Source: Candidatus Eiseniibacteriota bacterium
GTDB lineage: Bacteria > Eisenbacteria > RBG-16-71-46
NCBI GenBank assembly: GCA_963776245.1
Contig: CAVZLN010000005.1
Coordinates: 64,001 to 128,000 of the forward strand
Length of the DNA stretch: 64,000 nucleotides
Direction: 5' to 3'
The notes below the pieces were generated by a model, which saw only the letters and a list, made by a program, of their open reading frames with translations, ran no database searches and was not told where the DNA came from. This document shows positions 55,894 through 64,000 of this stretch, piece after piece (within the stretch, counting starts at the first letter, position 1; the number at the start of each line of letters is the position of its first letter). Made by a program: the position numbers and the translations under genes.

Positions 55894-56277
55894 TCACGCG
55901 GTCACCTGCGCCGGGTCCTCGCGGAACCGGAACAGGCAGACGAGGGCGAGGATCCCCATGACGCTCGGGCCGATCGGATCGAGCACCGACAGCGCGGCGG
56001 CGAGCATCGCCACCGGCACCGCGCGCGAGTCGCCGACCCACAGTCCGGGCACCGCCGCCAGCCACAGCAGGCCGATCACGCACTTGGCGCCGAGCACCAG
56101 CGCGAGCGGCAGGTGCGCCTTCAGGGCGAGATCGATCCACGGGCCGGCCTGGCCCACGAGCAGGAACTGCTCGCCGGTCACGAACGGATAGAGCCCCTGG
56201 AACAGCAGCGTGGCGCCCGGATAGATCGCGCACGCGGTGAGGAACACCAGCGCGCCGGGTCGGATGGGTCGGGTCAT
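55894..56277 (-). CDS. Small hypothetical membrane protein
   Basis: Three to four hydrophobic segments; AAGGAG SD. Confidence 0.75.
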   Translation of the reverse strand: MTRPIRPGALVFLTACAIYPGATLLFQGLYPFVTGEQFLLVGQAGPWIDLALKAHLPLALVLGAKCVIGLLWLAAVPGLWVGDSRAVPVAMLAAALSVLDPIGPSVMGILALVCLFRFREDPAQVTA

Positions 56278-56329
56278 GCGTCGGTTCTCCTTCGGGATTC
56301 CGGAACGGTCGCGGCGGGCTCCCGCCGCG

Positions 56330-57526
56330 TCAGGCGAGGTACTCCCGCACCGCGTCCTTCAGCACCTGGGCCGCGACCACCATCTTCTGCACCTCGGTCG
56401 TGCCCTCGTAGATCTCGCAGATCTTCGCGTCGCGCCAGTAGCGCTCGACGTGGAACTCGGACAGATAGCCGTACCCGCCGTGGATCTGCACCGCCCAGTT
56501 CGCGCACCGCGTCGCGGCCTCGGAGGCGTGCCACTTGGCGAGCGAGGCCTCCTTGGTGTGCGGACGTCCCCGGTCGCGCAGCCACGCGGCCTGGTACACC
56601 AGCAGCCGCGCGGTCTCGACCTCGACCGCGGAGTCCGCGAGCATGGCGCGGATGGCGTCGAACTCGCCGATCGGGCGGTCGAACTGCACGCGTTCGCCGG
56701 CGTACCGCACCGCCGCCTCGAGCGAGGCCTGCGCGATGCCCAGCCCCTGCGCGGCGATCCCGATGCGGCCCCCGCCGAGCGTGGCGAGCGCCACGGTGTA
56801 GCCCTTGTTGTACTCGCCCAGCAGGTTCTCCTTCGGCACCCGCGCGTTGACCAGCGCGATCTCGCGCGTGTCCGAGGCGCGGATGCCGAGCTTGCGCTCC
56901 TTCTTGCCCTTCTCCACCCCCGGCGTGTCGGCGTCGACGATGAAGGCCGAGATGCCCTTCGGGCCGAGCGTGCGGTCGGTGGACGCGTACGTGATCAGCA
57001 CGTCGGACGGGCCGGCGTTGGTGATGAACACCTTGGTGCCGTTGAGCACGTAGTGGTCACCGTCGAGCACCGCGGTGGTCTCCTGGTTGGCCGCGTTGCT
57101 GCCGGCGTTGGGCTCCGTCAGCAGGTAGGCGCCGAGCTTCTCGCCCTTCGCCAGGGGCACCAGGTACTTGCGCTTCTGCGCCTCGTTGGCGTACGCGATC
57201 AGCGGATAGCACACCAGCGAGTTGTTCACCGAGGCGATGACGCCGTGGCTCGCGCACGCGCGCGACAGCTCCTCGATGGCGATGACGTACGACAGGTAGT
57301 CCATCCCGGCGCCGCCGTACGCTTCCGGCACGAACATGCCGAGCAGGCCGAGTTCGGCCATCTTCTTCACGTTCGCGGCCGGGAACTCGTGGGTCTCGTC
57401 GATGTGCTCGGCGATCGGACGGATCTCGCTCTCGGCGAAGTCGCGCACCATCTCGCGGACGGCCAGATGGTCCTCGCCGAGCTCGAAGGACAGCCCGCTG
57501 GTCGACACGGCGGATTCCGGGGTCAT
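56330..57526 (-). CDS. Acyl-CoA dehydrogenase (short/branched-chain type)
   Basis: [32 protein letters not shown] and IYEGTTEVQ. Confidence 0.95.
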   Translation of the reverse strand: MTPESAVSTSGLSFELGEDHLAVREMVRDFAESEIRPIAEHIDETHEFPAANVKKMAELGLLGMFVPEAYGGAGMDYLSYVIAIEELSRACASHGVIASVNNSLVCYPLIAYANEAQKRKYLVPLAKGEKLGAYLLTEPNAGSNAANQETTAVLDGDHYVLNGTKVFITNAGPSDVLITYASTDRTLGPKGISAFIVDADTPGVEKGKKERKLGIRASDTREIALVNARVPKENLLGEYNKGYTVALATLGGGRIGIAAQGLGIAQASLEAAVRYAGERVQFDRPIGEFDAIRAMLADSAVEVETARLLVYQAAWLRDRGRPHTKEASLAKWHASEAATRCANWAVQIHGGYGYLSEFHVERYWRDAKICEIYEGTTEVQKMVVAAQVLKDAVREYLA

Positions 57527-58428
57527 GCCTTGGGCGCCTCGCGGTAGTCGAAGAACCCACGGCCGCTCTTGCGGCCGAGGTGGCCCGCCTTGACCATCTT
57601 GCGCAGCAGCGGGCACGGGCGGTACTTCGAGTCACCCAGCCCCTCGTGCAGCACCTCCATGATCGACAGGCAGGTGTCGAGCCCGATCAGGTCGGCGAGC
57701 GCGAGCGGGCCCATCGGATGGTTCATGCCCAGCTTCATCACGGTGTCGATCGCCTCCCTGGTCGCCACGCCCTCCATCAGCGTGAAGACCGCCTCGTTGA
57801 TCATCGGCATGAGGATGCGGTTCGAGATGAAGCCCGGATAGTCGTTGACCTCGACCGGGGTCTTGCCGAGACGCCGCGAGAGGTCCTCGGTGAGCGCGTA
57901 GGTGGCGTCGCTGGTGGTGAGCCCGCGGATGATCTCGACCAGCTGCATCACCGGCACCGGGTTCATGAAGTGCATGCCGATGACCTGCTCGGGGCGCCGG
58001 GTGACCGCGGCGATCTCGGTGATCGAGATGCTCGAGGTGTTCGAGCCCAGGATGCAGCGGGCGGGCGCCACGCCGTCGAGCGTCTGGAAGATCTGCCGCT
58101 TGACCGCGAAGTCCTCGGTCACCGCCTCGATCACGAGGTCGGCGTCCCGCGCCACCTCGAGCGAGGTGCCGCCGTGGATGCGCTTGAGGATCGCCGGCGC
58201 CTTGTCCGCGGGCCACTCCTGCTTCTTGGCCACGCGCTCGAGGCTCTTGCCGACCGCGCCGAGGGCGCGCTCGACCAGGTCGGGGCGCGCGTCCACCAGC
58301 TCGACCTCGAAGCCGCAGGTCGCGAACACCTGGGCGATGCCGTTGCCCATCGTGCCGCCGCCCACCACCATCACCTTCTTCACCGCGGCCGACGGGCCGC
58401 TCGTCACCACTTCGGTCTGGGTGCTCAT
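57523..58428 (-). CDS. hbd: 3-hydroxybutyryl-CoA dehydrogenase
   Basis: [31 protein letters not shown] and GRKSGRGF. Confidence 0.93.
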   Translation of the reverse strand: MSTQTEVVTSGPSAAVKKVMVVGGGTMGNGIAQVFATCGFEVELVDARPDLVERALGAVGKSLERVAKKQEWPADKAPAILKRIHGGTSLEVARDADLVIEAVTEDFAVKRQIFQTLDGVAPARCILGSNTSSISITEIAAVTRRPEQVIGMHFMNPVPVMQLVEIIRGLTTSDATYALTEDLSRRLGKTPVEVNDYPGFISNRILMPMINEAVFTLMEGVATREAIDTVMKLGMNHPMGPLALADLIGLDTCLSIMEVLHEGLGDSKYRPCPLLRKMVKAGHLGRKSGRGFFDYREAPKA

Positions 58429-59621
58429 CACACTCTCTCCACTGCGAGCGCCACGGCGTTGCCACCGCCGAGACAGAGCGTCGCGAGTCCGGTCTTGAGT
58501 TTGCGCGTCCTGGAGCGCGTACAGCAGCGTGACCAGCACGCGCGCGCCCGAGGCGCCGATCGGGTGGCCGAGCGCCACCGCTCCGCCGTTGACGTTGACA
58601 CGGTCCCAGTCCCAGCCGAGGCCGTTGCCGTCGGCCAGCGCCTGCGCGGCGAACGCCTCGTTGGCCTCGATCAGGTCGAAGTGGCCGATGCCCACGCCCA
58701 TCTGCTTCATGAGCTTCTCGACCGCGACGATGGGCGCGAAGAACAGCTCCTTGGGCTCGCCGCCGCCGGTGGCGTAGCCGGTCACGCGCGCCAGCGGCCT
58801 GGCGCCGGTCGCCTTCACCCGCTCGCCGCTCATCACCACCAGCGCCGCGCCGCCGTCGTTGAGGCCGGGGGCGTTGCCGGCGGTGATCATGCCGCCCTTG
58901 TCGCCTGCGTCACCGCGCCGAGCTTCGCGAGGCCCTCGAGCGTGGTGTCGCCGCGCACCGATTCGTCCTTCGAGACCACGATCGGGTCGCCCTTGCGCTG
59001 CGGGATCGAGACCTTCGCCATCTCGGCGTCGAACCGGCCCGCCGCGATCGCGGCCGCCGCCTTCTGCTGGCTCTTCACCGAGAACTCGTCGAGCTCCTCG
59101 CGCTTGAGTCCGGCCTTCTCGGCGGTGTACTGCGCCAGCTCGATCATGTGGCAGTCGTTGAACGCGCACCACAGCCCGTCGCTCACCGCGCCATCCTTGA
59201 GCGGCGCGTCGCCGAGCTTCTGGCCGTTGCGCAGGGCGAACAGGTAGTGGGGAGCACTGCTCATGCTCTCCTGGCCGCCCGCCACCACCGCGTGCGCGTC
59301 GCCGGCCTTGATGGCCTGCGCGGCGAGCATCACCGCCTTGAGCCCCGAGCCGCACACCTTGTTGACCGTGAGCGCGCCGACCGCCGGATCGATGCCGGCC
59401 TTGATCTGCGCCTGGCGCGCCGGAGCCTGGCCCGCGCCGCCCTGGACGACGTGGCCCATGATGACCTCGTCCACGTCCCTGCCGGTCAGGCCGGCGCGCT
59501 GCAGCGCCTCCCGGATGGCGATGGCGCCGAGATCCGACGCCTTGAGCGCGGCGAGCGAGCCGAGGAACTTGCCGATGGGCGTGCGTGCACCGCCCACGAT
59601 GAACACATCGGGATGGGCCAT
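58428..59621 (-). CDS. Acetyl-CoA C-acyltransferase (thiolase); frameshifts near 58910 and 58505
   Basis: [28 protein letters not shown] and LCLGGG. Confidence 0.93.
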
Positions 59622-59847
59622 GAGATGACTCCCGCGATAGGTTCCGATGGGGTGGTCCGGAGCGCGGGCATACTACACGAACGCGCGTCGCAAGGCATCG
59701 TGGGGTCGCGCGGGAGCGGACCGCCCCGGACCCCGGCCACAGCGACGGGAGCCGCGTCCCTGCCGCGCGGGTGCGTCTGGCCGTCCTCGAGTCGACGAGG
59801 TGCCGTCGGCTGCCCCGCGTGCCGGCCACCCGCTCAGGCGACCGCCC

Positions 59848-60450
59848 TCATGCCGCGCTCGCCCGGTGGGTGAGCGTCGGCTCGGGGGGGCCGTCCGGGA
59901 ACGCGTGGCGCTGGCGCAACGTGCTCACGATCGCCGCGCTCTCCTCGGGGCCGAGCGCGAACCCGAACCTGAGTGGCCGGCCGCTGGTGTGGATCAGGAT
60001 CCCGCCGCCACCCACCCCGGCGATCGCCAGGGCGGGACGCGCGGCTTCCGGCAGCGATGCCCCGAGAGCGCGGATGCCGCGGACCTGGTCGAAGGGCAGG
60101 TGCTTCCAGCCGCCGATGCCGAACACCTCGCGGCGCACGCGCAGTTCGTCCGCCGCCAGCACCAGCCGCTCGCGGCCGACCAACTGGAACAGCACCGCGT
60201 AGATCGCGGCGACGCCGCCGATGGTCCAGAATGCGAGCCAGGTCGCGAGGAACAACTGCCCGGGGAGCGGCGTGCGTTCGGCGAAGATCGCCGCGATCGC
60301 GAACACTTCCCCCGCGGCCCATCCCCACAGCCACAGGCCGAGGAACACCACCACCGGGACGCTGCGCGTGGCGGGCGCCACCACCTGGAAGCCTTCAGGC
60401 TCGTCGAGCAGGGTGGCGAGCGGCGCGCTGACGGGCGACGGGATGCTCAT
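59848..60450 (-). CDS. Hypothetical membrane protein (two TMs plus a soluble domain)
   Basis: FLGLWLWGWAAGE and WLAFWTIGG helices. Confidence 0.7.
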   Translation of the reverse strand: MSIPSPVSAPLATLLDEPEGFQVVAPATRSVPVVVFLGLWLWGWAAGEVFAIAAIFAERTPLPGQLFLATWLAFWTIGGVAAIYAVLFQLVGRERLVLAADELRVRREVFGIGGWKHLPFDQVRGIRALGASLPEAARPALAIAGVGGGGILIHTSGRPLRFGFALGPEESAAIVSTLRQRHAFPDGPPEPTLTHRASAA

Positions 60451-60573
60451 GCGGGCGGTCTCCAGTGGGCACGGGGTCGGTCCACCCCCTTCATCGGCCA
60501 CTCCGGGCCCGGGGATGAGAGCGGCCTCAGGGCGGCCGGTCTGCCGGCGGCCGGCGCCGGCGGGCGCGGCCCG

Positions 60574-61758
60574 TCAGCGCGGGCGGAGGATCGCGATGCT
60601 CGCGGTGTGACCGTGCAGGAGGTTGCGTTCGCCGACCGGCCCCAGCTCGCCGGCGCAGAACATGCCCGCCACCGGCACCGCGCCGCCGAGCGCCGACTGG
60701 AGCGTGGCGATGTCCACATCGGGCGAACCGAAGAGGCCGCTGCCGCGCCCGTTGCACGCGAACAGCAGCGCCGCGCTCGCCGGGCGGTCGAACGGCTGCG
60801 GCGACAGCAGCATCTCGAGGTCCTCGCGCGCGGTCGCGGCGTCGCGCACGTGCAGCCGGATGCGCTCGTGCACGACCGCGCGGTCGCCGATCGCGATCAC
60901 GCCGCGATCGCGGTCGGCGCCCAGCAGGTTGCGGATGACGTAGTCCCCGCGCCCCGAGGCGTCCCCCTTCACCGGACGCCCGACATACAGGCCATTCGCC
61001 AGCCGCGCGCGCTCGGTCTCGGGCAGCCCGCGCAGCACCTCCTCGGCCCGCTCGAGCGCCGGGCGCCCGTCGAGCGCCAGGATCATGTGCTGCTCGACCT
61101 CGGTCACCTCGAGCGCGGGCCCGACCGGACGGCAACCCTGCGACACGATCACGTCGGCGCGCAGCGCGCCCTTGAAGGCCAGCGCCACCCCGCCCTGATC
61201 GCTCACCCAGTCGTTGAGCAGCAGCGCGTTGCCCCCGGGCCGCACGGCGGCGCTCGCGAGCCCGCCGACCACGCGCGTGCCGGGCGCGTGACGGTCGAAG
61301 GATGCGAGCACGCTCTCGACATCGAGCGAGAATGGATCGCCGAGCAGCAGCACGAGCTCGGCGCCCTTCGCCTGCGGCGCCAGCTCGGCGAACACCCCCG
61401 GGTTCTCGTACGCGTCGGCCCACGCCTCGCCCACCAGCACGAACGCGTGGAGCGCCACCCCGGGCAGGCGCGCCGCCAGCAGCGCGAGCGCCGGCGCCGA
61501 CTCGATCTCGTGCGCCGCGGTCACGATGCCGCGCGCGGAGCCGCCGAGAAGGGTCGCGGGGGCCAGACGGCGGCGCACGGCGGTGGCGATCGCCTCGGCG
61601 TGCGCGACGTGGTGGGCGGAGAGGAAGACCAGCGCGAGGTCGAGCGGCCCGTCACCGAGCTGCGCCGCGATCGCCTCGCACGCCTCGTTGGCGGCGGTGG
61701 CGGCGTCCTCGGCGCGCGAGTCGGCGGAGGCCCAGCGCATCGCCGGGGCGTCGGTCAT
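60574..61758 (-). CDS. Stand-alone FIST domain protein
   Basis: GGLAS, VSQGCRPVG, LHVRD, CNGRG, GMFCAGELGPVG and LHGHTAS. Confidence 0.9.
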   Translation of the reverse strand: MTDAPAMRWASADSRAEDAATAANEACEAIAAQLGDGPLDLALVFLSAHHVAHAEAIATAVRRRLAPATLLGGSARGIVTAAHEIESAPALALLAARLPGVALHAFVLVGEAWADAYENPGVFAELAPQAKGAELVLLLGDPFSLDVESVLASFDRHAPGTRVVGGLASAAVRPGGNALLLNDWVSDQGGVALAFKGALRADVIVSQGCRPVGPALEVTEVEQHMILALDGRPALERAEEVLRGLPETERARLANGLYVGRPVKGDASGRGDYVIRNLLGADRDRGVIAIGDRAVVHERIRLHVRDAATAREDLEMLLSPQPFDRPASAALLFACNGRGSGLFGSPDVDIATLQSALGGAVPVAGMFCAGELGPVGERNLLHGHTASIAILRPR

Positions 61759-61765
61759 CGCCCGC

Positions 61766-62908
61766 TCACACCCGCTTCAGGATCTCGCGCGCGATGACCA
61801 GCCGCTGGATCTCGCTCGTGCCCTCGCCGATCTCCATCAGCTTGGCGTCGCGATGCATGCGCTCGACCGGGACGTCGCGGCAGTAGCCCATGCCGCCATG
61901 GATCTGGATCGCCTTGTCGGTCACCCAGTTCCCGGTCTCGCTCGCGAACAGCTTCGCCATCGAGGCCTCCATCGCGTACTCCTCCCCCGCGTCCTTGAGC
62001 ACCGCGGCCTGGTAGACCAGCAGGCGCGAGGCCTCGATGCGCGTGGCCATGTCGGCGAGCATGAACTGGATCGCCTGGAACTCGGCGATCGGTTTGCCGA
62101 ACTGGTGGCGCTGCTTCGAGTAGCGGAGGCTGTGCTCGTACGCGCCCTGCGCCAGCCCGAGCGCGAGCGCGCCGATCGAGATGCGGCCGCCGTGGAGCGT
62201 CTTCATGAACGCCGCGAAGCCGCCGGTGGGCTCGCCGATCATGTCCGCTTCGGGCACGAACACGTCCTCGAACACCACCTCGACGGTGTCCGAGCCGCGC
62301 AGGCCCATCTTCTTCTCGCGCTTGCCCACCGAGAAACCCGGCACGCCGGTCTCGATGATGAAGGCCGAGATCCCCCGGGTGCCCTTGGAGGAGTCGGTGC
62401 GCGCGGTGATGGTGATGTACTTCGCCACGCTGCCGTTGGTGATGTAGACCTTCGAGCCGTTCACCTTCCAGCCGCCGGCCACCTTCTCGGCGCGCGTCTT
62501 GGTGCCCGCGGCGTCCGAGCCGGCGTCCGATTCGGTGAGACCGAAGGCGCCGATCGCCTCGCCCCTGGCCATCGGCACGAGGTACTTGAGCTTCTGCTCC
62601 TCGCTGCCCGCGCCGTAGACCGGGCCGCACCCGAGCGAGACGTGCGCCGCCAGCGTGATGGCGGTGGAGCCGCACGCGCGGGCGATCTCCTCCACGGCGA
62701 TGGCGTAGGCGAGCGTGTCCATCCCCGCGCCGCCGTACTTCTCGGGGAACGGCAGCCCGAGGAAGCCCAGTTCGGCCATCTGCTTCACCAGGTCGTGCGG
62801 GAACTCCTCGGCCTCGTCCAGCTCGCGCGCGCGCGGGGCGACGACCTCGTCGGCGAAACGGCGCGCCATCTCGCGCACCTGGAGGTGCTCTTCCTTCAGG
62901 AACAGCAT
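61766..62908 (-). CDS. Acyl-CoA dehydrogenase
   Basis: [36 protein letters not shown] and [10 protein letters not shown]. Confidence 0.95.
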   Translation of the reverse strand: MLFLKEEHLQVREMARRFADEVVAPRARELDEAEEFPHDLVKQMAELGFLGLPFPEKYGGAGMDTLAYAIAVEEIARACGSTAITLAAHVSLGCGPVYGAGSEEQKLKYLVPMARGEAIGAFGLTESDAGSDAAGTKTRAEKVAGGWKVNGSKVYITNGSVAKYITITARTDSSKGTRGISAFIIETGVPGFSVGKREKKMGLRGSDTVEVVFEDVFVPEADMIGEPTGGFAAFMKTLHGGRISIGALALGLAQGAYEHSLRYSKQRHQFGKPIAEFQAIQFMLADMATRIEASRLLVYQAAVLKDAGEEYAMEASMAKLFASETGNWVTDKAIQIHGGMGYCRDVPVERMHRDAKLMEIGEGTSEIQRLVIAREILKRV

Positions 62909-63068
62909 GCGGGTTCGGGCTCCCTGAGGTGGATGCTGGCGGGTGCGGTCCCGGGCGCCGCCGCCGGGTCCGGCGGGGCGGATGGAAGGTCCGCGCGCGA
63001 GGACTCTACCCGATGCGATGCGGCGCGTGAAAGGTCGGGCGGCCGGCGCGCGCCGCCCGAGCGGCGGA

Positions 63069-63830
63069 TCATCGCCGCTGCGGCCCCACCGGCGGGGCGG
63101 CAACCGGCCCCGGGGCCTCGCGCCGCACCGGTCCGAGCGCGAAGCGGGCGTTCTCGTCGAGGTCGCCCGAGAGATGGTGCAGGTGTTCGAGCGCGAGCAG
63201 CCCGGCGGTGCGGCCCACGATGCGCCACGACTCGCTCGGCGTGCGTCGCATCGCGGACCGGCCATCGCCCGGGCCGGCGGGCTCGCCCGGCTCGATGGAG
63301 AACCCCGCGCGCGCCGGGATCGGGCGCGCGCCCGCCTCGACCGCCTGCGGCGAGAGCGCGGCCACCGTGATCCGGTAGCCCGGTGGCTGCGACGGACCGG
63401 ACGACACCACGTTCAGCACGATCTGCACGTTCCAGGCTCCCCAGCCGCCGGTGCCCTCGATGAGCCGGAATCGCGCGCTCACCGGCACGCTCGCGGCCGG
63501 ACGCCCGTCGCGCTCGCGCTCGGTGGCGTAGGCGCCCTCGGCGAACGCGCCGCGGAACGCCGCCATGAACGCGCGCCCCAGCGAGTCCGCGAGCGGCGGA
63601 TCGAACTCGAGCGATGCCAGCCACGCGAGGTTCGGCGCCCCGGGCGGCGGGGGCACGGTGTCGGCGATCGTGGTCTGCGGCGTCTGCATCTCCCGCGGGT
63701 CGGTCGGGATCTGCGCGCGCGGATCGGCGGACGCGGGCGGCGCGGCCGTCGGGCGCGATTGCGCGCGGGCCGCCGGGGTTGCGAGGCACGCGAGCGCGAT
63801 GGACAGGACCACGACGAGGTTCCGGCTCAT
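63069..63830 (-). CDS. Exported hypothetical protein
   Basis: Signal peptide [30 protein letters not shown]. Confidence 0.7.
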   Translation of the reverse strand: MSRNLVVVLSIALACLATPAARAQSRPTAAPPASADPRAQIPTDPREMQTPQTTIADTVPPPPGAPNLAWLASLEFDPPLADSLGRAFMAAFRGAFAEGAYATERERDGRPAASVPVSARFRLIEGTGGWGAWNVQIVLNVVSSGPSQPPGYRITVAALSPQAVEAGARPIPARAGFSIEPGEPAGPGDGRSAMRRTPSESWRIVGRTAGLLALEHLHHLSGDLDENARFALGPVRREAPGPVAAPPVGPQRR

Positions 63831-63894
63831 GGGGGCTTCCTCCCGCGGCCCATCATGCACCTCCGGCCGGTGGATGTGCCACCCGCGGTCCGGC

Positions 63895-63999
63895 TCAGCG
63901 CGGCAGCGAGTCCACCTGCGCGTTCATGCGCGCCGCCGCGTCCGCGCCGCGGTCGGACGCCTCGAGCGCGCCGCCCACGGCGCCCGCGCCCGGGATGGG
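63895..63999 (-). CDS. 3' end of a hypothetical gene entering from outside the window
   Basis: Reads PIPGAGAVGGALEASDRGADAAARMNAQVDSLPR* with GC-rich third positions. Confidence 0.5.
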   Translation of the reverse strand, partial: PIPGAGAVGGALEASDRGADAAARMNAQVDSLPR

Positions 64000-64000
64000 C

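Noticed and set aside
57523..59829. Apparent thiolase-hbd fusion
   Set aside because: It is produced by the thiolase frameshifts. The thiolase ends at TGA 58430-58428, overlapping the hbd ATG.

Overview
A very GC-rich bacterial window with no rRNA, tRNA, CRISPR array or mobile element. LptD, two TonB-dependent receptors and a PorX-like regulator beside tsaE suggest a diderm FCB-group relative such as Candidatus Eisenbacteria (inference only). Most genes are housekeeping: accD-folC-lptD, porX-tsaE-tsaB/rimI, serS, ffh-rpsP and tgt-yajC-def-fmt-rsmB-PASTA-rpe. There is also a propionyl/methylmalonyl-CoA cluster, an acyl-CoA catabolic cluster, an ECF sigma/anti-sigma/Spy-like module, CopA, aqpZ, and cystathionine beta-synthase plus gamma-lyase. 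The standout is a gene the ORF track splits in two (8825->7395, minus strand). An in-frame TGA in a C-G-U motif is followed by a SECIS-like hairpin. Readthrough gives a 476-aa exported selenoprotein that fuses a ligand-substituted 5'-nucleotidase (UshA-like) fold to a four-CXXCH c-type cytochrome. It lies just upstream of the transsulfuration genes, and both units have the same TTGACG-N18-TAGACT promoter. Several patches carry dense single-base frameshifts that look like long-read consensus errors. All calls are by-eye motif recognition; no database searches were run.
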